Below are positions 27,638 through 32,000 of a stretch of DNA of 32,000 bases, in pieces. Origin of the DNA: Idiomarina loihiensis L2TR (lineage in GTDB: Bacteria; Pseudomonadota; Gammaproteobacteria; Enterobacterales; Alteromonadaceae); the NCBI RefSeq assembly GCF_000008465.1, contig NC_006512.1, positions 390,001 to 422,000 on the forward strand, written 5' to 3'. The notes beneath the pieces were generated by a model that searched no databases, was not told where the DNA came from, and saw nothing but the letters and a program-made list of their open reading frames with translations. Position 1 is the stretch's first letter; the number at the start of each line of letters is the position of its first letter. The position numbers and the translations under genes are program-made.

Positions 27638-28169
27638 GTCTTTTTAGCTCCATTCGTTCAGCTTTCAGATCCGCAGTCATACCGTTACCCCGAATTAATA
27701 GCCGTGGTCCGTGAATGCTTACAGGATGTTCTGTGCTCATTGACTCATTTTTTAAATCAACAATCAGGTACTCGGTTAACACTTGCTCGATGTGAGTATC
27801 CGGCTCTAAAGCAAGTATTTCAACATCATGCTCTAAAATCAGGGTTTGATCGTCGTAGAAAGTGCCTTGCGCGGCACTGACTTCCCAAAGCTCTTCGCCT
27901 TGTTCAGAAAAGACCGTGTAAACCGGACGCTTAAGTTCGGTCAGGCCAATTTGGTTATAGTGAGACATTTTCTCAGATTTTATCTTGTGAGCCAGTAAAC
28001 CGTCACTTTCGAAAATACGCGTCTCCAGCCCAAAAGCGGTAAAATCGGGCTGCATAGTGCGTGTTGTCGCCGCGTTGTTACCATCAGCATCATCACTAAA
28101 AGGGCGCCAGACAAGCAATAGCCCGGCACCGAATAATAAAATTAGAATGACAGTAACGCGTCGGCTCAC
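27606..28169 (-). CDS. lptC: LPS export system protein LptC
   Basis: The GTG start overlaps the kdsC stop (GTGA). It has a single N-terminal TM anchor (VTVILILLFGAGLLLV), is 187 aa, and overlaps the lptA start by 32 nt. The position is canonical. Confidence 0.85.
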   Translation of the reverse strand: MSRRVTVILILLFGAGLLLVWRPFSDDADGNNAATTRTMQPDFTAFGLETRIFESDGLLAHKIKSEKMSHYNQIGLTELKRPVYTVFSEQGEELWEVSAAQGTFYDDQTLILEHDVEILALEPDTHIEQVLTEYLIVDLKNESMSTEHPVSIHGPRLLIRGNGMTADLKAERMELKRHVKTIFQPAE

Positions 28170-28720
28170 ACACTGGCTCCTGTAGCCAGGTGCAGTTGCC
28201 CTTGACTGAGCATGATTAAATCACAGACTTCGCGCACGGCACCATGTCCACCATGGCAGCGTGAAATATAATCGGCCTGTTGTTGTACCGATGCGTGAGC
28301 GTCCTGGACTGCAATCCCCAGACCCGCCGCTTTAATTAAAGCTAAATCGGGGGTGTCGTCTCCAACATAAGCAACTTGCTCCGCGCTAAGGCCTAACTTC
28401 GTTAGTAGCTCATCGAAAGCGGCTGTTTTATCGTTCTGTCCCTGATAAATAAAGCCGACATCTAAATGTTCCATACGGTGTTCAACAATGCGTGACGTTC
28501 GTCCGGTAATGACTGCCGTTTCAACACCTGATTTTTTCAGTGCTTTCATGCCAAAGCCATCCCGGGTGTGAAACGCTTTCAGTTCCTCACCATCATTGCC
28601 TAAGTATATGCGACCGTCGGAAAACACCCCGTCGACATCCAGAACCAGTAGCTTTATTTCGGAAAAACGTTTAAACAGGCTTTTTTCAATGTCGCCGTAC
28701 CAGGTATTAATACATTCCAT
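28166..28720 (-). CDS. kdsC: KDO 8-phosphate phosphatase KdsC (HAD family)
   Basis: HAD motif I is LLVLDVDGVFSDG and motif IV is AYVGDDTPDL. It is 184 aa and lies downstream of kdsD. Confidence 0.93.
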   Translation of the reverse strand: MECINTWYGDIEKSLFKRFSEIKLLVLDVDGVFSDGRIYLGNDGEELKAFHTRDGFGMKALKKSGVETAVITGRTSRIVEHRMEHLDVGFIYQGQNDKTAAFDELLTKLGLSAEQVAYVGDDTPDLALIKAAGLGIAVQDAHASVQQQADYISRCHGGHGAVREVCDLIMLSQGQLHLATGASV

Positions 28721-29697
28721 CAGAGCACTCCCGCCTGAAGTAAGTCATGCATGTTCATTGCGCCACAAGGCTGTCCATCGTCGTTGGTAATTATCAGCCC
28801 ATTTATTTTTCGGTCCTGCATGAGTTTTAATGCCTCAGCGGCCAGCATGTCCTCGTTCGCAGTAATACAGGAGCGGGTCATAACTTCAGCTATCGGAGTT
28901 TTATGGACATCGATTCGGTTATCCAGAATGCGACGTAAGTCACCGTCTGTAAAAATGCCGGCGAGACGTTGGTTTTCATCAACTATCGCGGTCATACCCA
29001 AGCCTTTACGCGACATTTCCAGTAACGCATCACTAATAATAGCGTCGGCTGGAATAACCGGAACACGCTCGCCAGTGTGCATCACGTCATGCAGCCGCAA
29101 TAGCAGGCGTTTACCCAGCGAGCCGCCGGGGTGTGATAGTGCAAAGTCGTCGGCGGTGAAGCCGCGGGCATTGAGCAGAGCAACCGCCATCGCATCGCCC
29201 ATGACAAGAGTTGCTGTTGTAGAAGCCGTGGGGGCTAACCCGAGCGGACAGGCCTCTTGTTCAACTGCGATACAAACATGAGTATCAGCCAGTCGGGCAA
29301 GAGTGGAGCCTGGTTTGCCAGTCATTGAAATTAAGGGCACGCCCAGACGTTTAATGACCGGAATAATATTCAGCACTTCGGCCGTTTCGCCACTGTTAGA
29401 TATCGCAATGACCACATCCTGAGCCGCAACCATGCCTAAATCTCCGTGGCTGGCTTCGCCCGGATGTACAAAAAACGCTGGTGTGCCGGTTGAGGCAAGT
29501 GTGGCAGCTATTTTCCCGCCAATATGACCGGATTTACCCATGCCGGTGACAATAACGCGGCCTTTGCAATTAAACAGAGTTTGGCAGGCGGCATCGAAAT
29601 TATCATCCAAATATTGATACAGGCCTTCAATCGCCTTCTTTTCGATATCCAGTACTTGTTCGCCCAGTAGCCGAAAGTTCTGGGTGACTTGTTTCAT
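28720..29697 (-). CDS. kdsD: Arabinose-5-phosphate isomerase KdsD (SIS + tandem CBS)
   Basis: SIS motifs are VTGMGKSGHIGGKIAATLASTGTPAFFVHPGEASHGDLGMV, followed by a C-terminal CBS pair. The start at 29697 (MKQVTQ) has AGAGG 7 nt upstream; the alternative ATG is at 29703. The track start 29751 adds a non-homologous extension. Confidence 0.92.
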   Translation of the reverse strand: MKQVTQNFRLLGEQVLDIEKKAIEGLYQYLDDNFDAACQTLFNCKGRVIVTGMGKSGHIGGKIAATLASTGTPAFFVHPGEASHGDLGMVAAQDVVIAISNSGETAEVLNIIPVIKRLGVPLISMTGKPGSTLARLADTHVCIAVEQEACPLGLAPTASTTATLVMGDAMAVALLNARGFTADDFALSHPGGSLGKRLLLRLHDVMHTGERVPVIPADAIISDALLEMSRKGLGMTAIVDENQRLAGIFTDGDLRRILDNRIDVHKTPIAEVMTRSCITANEDMLAAEALKLMQDRKINGLIITNDDGQPCGAMNMHDLLQAGVL

Positions 29698-29803
29698 GGT
29701 CATGCCTCTGGCGTTGTACTTTTGCCCTGTATAATACGTCATTCGGTACAACTCTGCCTACCGTACACAGGTAAATCTTGTATTTTATTACAAAAATAAT
29801 TAC

Positions 29804-29827
29804 TATACCAACCAGACGGTTGATAAA
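29804..29827. promoter_or_regulatory. Imperfect palindrome (candidate TetR operator) in the kdsD / TetR divergent intergenic region
   Basis: In TATACCAACC-agac-GGTTGATAAA the core CAACC/GGTTG is perfect and the 10-nt arms pair at 8 of 10 positions. It overlaps a candidate -35 for the TetR gene (TTGATA 29820..29825; 17-nt spacer; GTGAAT 29843..29848). It also overlaps a candidate minus-strand -35 for kdsD (TTGGTA, complement of 29806..29811; 18-nt spacer; TAAAAT, complement of 29782..29787). Confidence 0.3.
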
Positions 29828-29853
29828 GTAAGTGTAGGTAAAGTGAATACACC

Positions 29854-30429
29854 ATGGTAGAGAAAAAAGGCGCAGGGCGACCCAGCAACAGAGACGTCAT
29901 TCTGGATGCCGCAGATCAATTGGTCGCTGCCGAGGGTGCAGGGCACCTTACATTTGACGCCTTGAGCCAGACAACGGGCATCAGCAAAGGTGGTTTGCTT
30001 TATCATTTCAAGAGCAAAGATTGTTTGCTGCAGGCTATGTTAAAACGCCGTGTCGAACGTTATGAAAAACTTCGTGAGCAATATCATCACCAGTTTGCCG
30101 ATGACCCAAAAGGCGAATTAAAAAGTATTTTACTAGCAGCGCTTGATACGGACGCTGAATGTTCTCGGCTAGGCAGTGGAATGCTGGCTGCCGCTGCGAC
30201 TAACCCGGAGTTGTTGGGCCCTTTAAAAGAGCATATAGCACTGACTTTACAGCGGTTGGAACGTATTGCCGGAAGCAAAGTTGGGAAAACTCTGTTTTAC
30301 GCGGTTCATGGTGCTCGCTTGTTTGAGCAACTCAACTTGTGTGACGCCTGCGTGCATGAACGTGAAGATTTTGCACAATATTTACTGAAGCTTGTCGATG
30401 AATTGACAGAAATAGAATCAATTCGCTGA
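29854..30429 (+). CDS. TetR/AcrR-family transcriptional regulator
   Basis: The N-terminal HTH RDVILDAADQLVAAEGAGHLTFDALSQTTGISKGGLLYHFKSKDCLL is the classic TetR_N signature. The C-terminal ligand domain is all-helical. The protein is 191 aa. No Shine-Dalgarno sequence is visible upstream of the ATG. Confidence 0.9.
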   Translation: MVEKKGAGRPSNRDVILDAADQLVAAEGAGHLTFDALSQTTGISKGGLLYHFKSKDCLLQAMLKRRVERYEKLREQYHHQFADDPKGELKSILLAALDTDAECSRLGSGMLAAAATNPELLGPLKEHIALTLQRLERIAGSKVGKTLFYAVHGARLFEQLNLCDACVHEREDFAQYLLKLVDELTEIESIR

Positions 30430-30448
30430 TAAAATTTGCAACACTTTT

Positions 30449-30468
30449 TCGGTATCAGACTATACCGA
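30449..30468. promoter_or_regulatory. Inverted repeat upstream of mlaF
   Basis: TCGGTAT-cagact-ATACCGA has 7-bp perfect arms and lies 46 nt upstream of the mlaF GTG. It is preceded, not followed, by a T-run, so it is not a canonical terminator on either strand. Confidence 0.3.
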
Positions 30469-30513
30469 CAGTCGTTAGAATAAAGGCTGATAAACTCGTA
30501 ACAGGAAACTGTC

Positions 30514-31314
30514 GTGACAAACTTGGTAGAACTTAAAGATCTGACTTTTGCGCATGGAAGCCATCGGGTCTATGACGGCCTGTCGTTAGATGTTCCGAAA
30601 GGCAAAATGGTTGCTGTCATGGGGCCTAGTGGCATTGGTAAAACGACGCTGTTGCGCCTTATCGGTGGACAGCTTAAGCCTGACAGCGGCAGTATCAAAG
30701 TAGCCGGAGAGGAAGTCCCGCAGTTAAAACGCGACGCTTTGTATCAATTACGCAAGCGCATGAGCATGCTGTTTCAAAGTGGTGCGTTGTTCACCGACAT
30801 GTCGGTATACGAGAACGTCGCCTTTCCACTGCGCGAGCACACCGACTTACCCGAAGAAATTATTCGCAGCGTGGTTTTAATGAAGCTTGAGGCCGTGGGT
30901 CTGCGTGGTGCGCGTCACCTTATGCCGTCAGAACTGTCTGGTGGTATGGCTCGTAGAGCTGCTCTGGCAAGGGCTATAGCTCTGGATCCTGAATTAATTT
31001 TATACGATGAGCCGTTTGCGGGTCAGGATCCTATTTCTATGGCGGTCATTGTAAAGCTTATTAAATCTTTGAATGAGTCACTAGGTTTGACCTCTATTGT
31101 TGTATCGCACGACGTAAAAGAAGTGTTATCGATTGCGGATTATGCTTATGTCATCGCCGACAAAAAAGTGGTCGGCAAGGGAACTCCGGATGAACTGCGC
31201 AATAATGAGACCGCAATTATTAAGCAGTTTTTGAACGGCGCTCCAGATGGACCCGTAGCATTTCATTATTCAGATGACGATTTTACAACGGACTTATTAA
31301 GGGGCAAGGAATGA
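30514..31314 (+). CDS. mlaF: Phospholipid ABC transporter ATPase MlaF
   Basis: The GTG start follows AGGAA (30503..30507). It has Walker [10 protein letters not shown], signature [14 protein letters not shown] and Walker [13 protein letters not shown]. The start of the next gene, mlaE, overlaps its stop (ATGA). Confidence 0.92.
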   Translation: MTNLVELKDLTFAHGSHRVYDGLSLDVPKGKMVAVMGPSGIGKTTLLRLIGGQLKPDSGSIKVAGEEVPQLKRDALYQLRKRMSMLFQSGALFTDMSVYENVAFPLREHTDLPEEIIRSVVLMKLEAVGLRGARHLMPSELSGGMARRAALARAIALDPELILYDEPFAGQDPISMAVIVKLIKSLNESLGLTSIVVSHDVKEVLSIADYAYVIADKKVVGKGTPDELRNNETAIIKQFLNGAPDGPVAFHYSDDDFTTDLLRGKE

Positions 31315-32000
31315 TCCAGTTTATACGGTCTGTCGGTCGCCAGGTATTGGATAGCCTGGCAGGCATTGGATACGCCCTGGCTATGTTAATGGGTGCCATT
31401 ATTGGCAAGCCGCAACCAGCTAAGTCATGGCCGCTCTTTATTAAACAAATGTATGTCGTCGGCGTATTGTCGATGCTCATCGTTATCGTCAGTGGCTTAT
31501 TCATCGGTATGGTGCTTGGCTTACAGGGCTACACTATTTTAGTTGACTATGGTGCTGAGCAAAGTCTGGGGCCTATGGTTGCGCTGTCGTTGCTGCGTGA
31601 GTTGGGGCCTGTCGTTACCGGTCTGTTATTTGCGGGGCGAGCGGGCTCCGCACTCACTGCTGAAATCGGTCTTATGAAAGCCACTGAGCAACTCTCCAGT
31701 CTGGAGATGATGGCGGTTGACCCTTTACGCCGTGTGATTGCTCCCAGGTTCTGGGCTGGTGTGGTTAGTATGCCACTGCTGGCGTTGATGTTCTCAGCCG
31801 TTGGAATTTACGGCGGTTACCTGGTTGGCTCCGGCTGGCTGGGTGTTGATGAAGGGGCTTTTTGGTCAGTCATGCAATCGGCAGTCGATTGGCAGGATGA
31901 TCTTCTGAACGGCATTATTAAGTCTATTGTATTTGCCTTTGTTGTTACCTGGATAGCTTTGTATAAAGGTTATCGTTCGGTACCAACCTCTGCGGGAATC
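31311..32000 (+). CDS. mlaE: Phospholipid ABC transporter permease MlaE (3' end truncated by the window edge)
   Basis: This gene is not in the ORF track because it has no stop within the window. My own translation from ATG 31311 gives [14 protein letters not shown]...[24 protein letters not shown]...[59 protein letters not shown]...PTSAGI. It is near-identical in its motifs to E. coli MlaE. Confidence 0.92.
   Translation, partial: MIQFIRSVGRQVLDSLAGIGYALAMLMGAIIGKPQPAKSWPLFIKQMYVVGVLSMLIVIVSGLFIGMVLGLQGYTILVDYGAEQSLGPMVALSLLRELGPVVTGLLFAGRAGSALTAEIGLMKATEQLSSLEMMAVDPLRRVIAPRFWAGVVSMPLLALMFSAVGIYGGYLVGSGWLGVDEGAFWSVMQSAVDWQDDLLNGIIKSIVFAFVVTWIALYKGYRSVPTSAGI

Noticed and set aside
28751-29281. 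A 176-aa plus-strand ORF antisense to kdsD. Similar antisense or out-of-frame ORFs occur at 9774..10112 in mreB, 25181..25561 and 25924..26226 in rpoN, 21957..22295 in mgtE, 10848..11228 over mreC/mreD, and 19540..19920 over tldD/yjgA.
   Set aside because: All are fully embedded in strongly recognisable conserved genes. Their translations are Ser/Arg/Pro-rich nonsense without motifs. They are best explained as chance open frames opposite moderately GC-biased coding sequence.

Overview
This window is about 97% coding. It is a syntenic block of conserved core genes from a marine gammaproteobacterium with Vibrio/Shewanella/Alteromonas/Idiomarina-like gene order; the species cannot be determined by eye. 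The plus strand carries, in order: (1) the distal part of an MSHA type IV pilus operon, mshA-mshC-mshD-mshO-mshP-mshQ; (2) an orphan secreted coiled-coil/PEGA/FGE-sulfatase-fold protein; (3) mreB-mreC-mreD-maf-rng-yhdP-(C-N hydrolase)-tldD. Next come divergent yjgA and pmbA. The minus strand then carries the long envelope/sigma-54 cluster kdsD-kdsC-lptC-lptA-lptB-rpoN-hpf-ptsN-rapZ-ptsO with mgtE attached at its end. The window closes on the plus strand with a TetR-family regulator and mlaF-mlaE, where mlaE runs off the window end. I saw no tRNA or rRNA genes, CRISPR arrays, IS elements, integrases, prophage genes, toxin-antitoxin pairs or defence-island hallmarks. I do not see convincing evidence for a wholly new multi-gene system. 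The candidates for novelty are modest: the Cys-less FGE-fold secreted protein between the pilus and mreB operons; the beta-helix plus LamG architecture of MshQ; a TetR regulator with palindromes between the kds/lpt and mla operons; and mgtE coupled to the nitrogen-PTS operon. All calls come from reading the translations, motifs and remembered family sequences. No database search was run.
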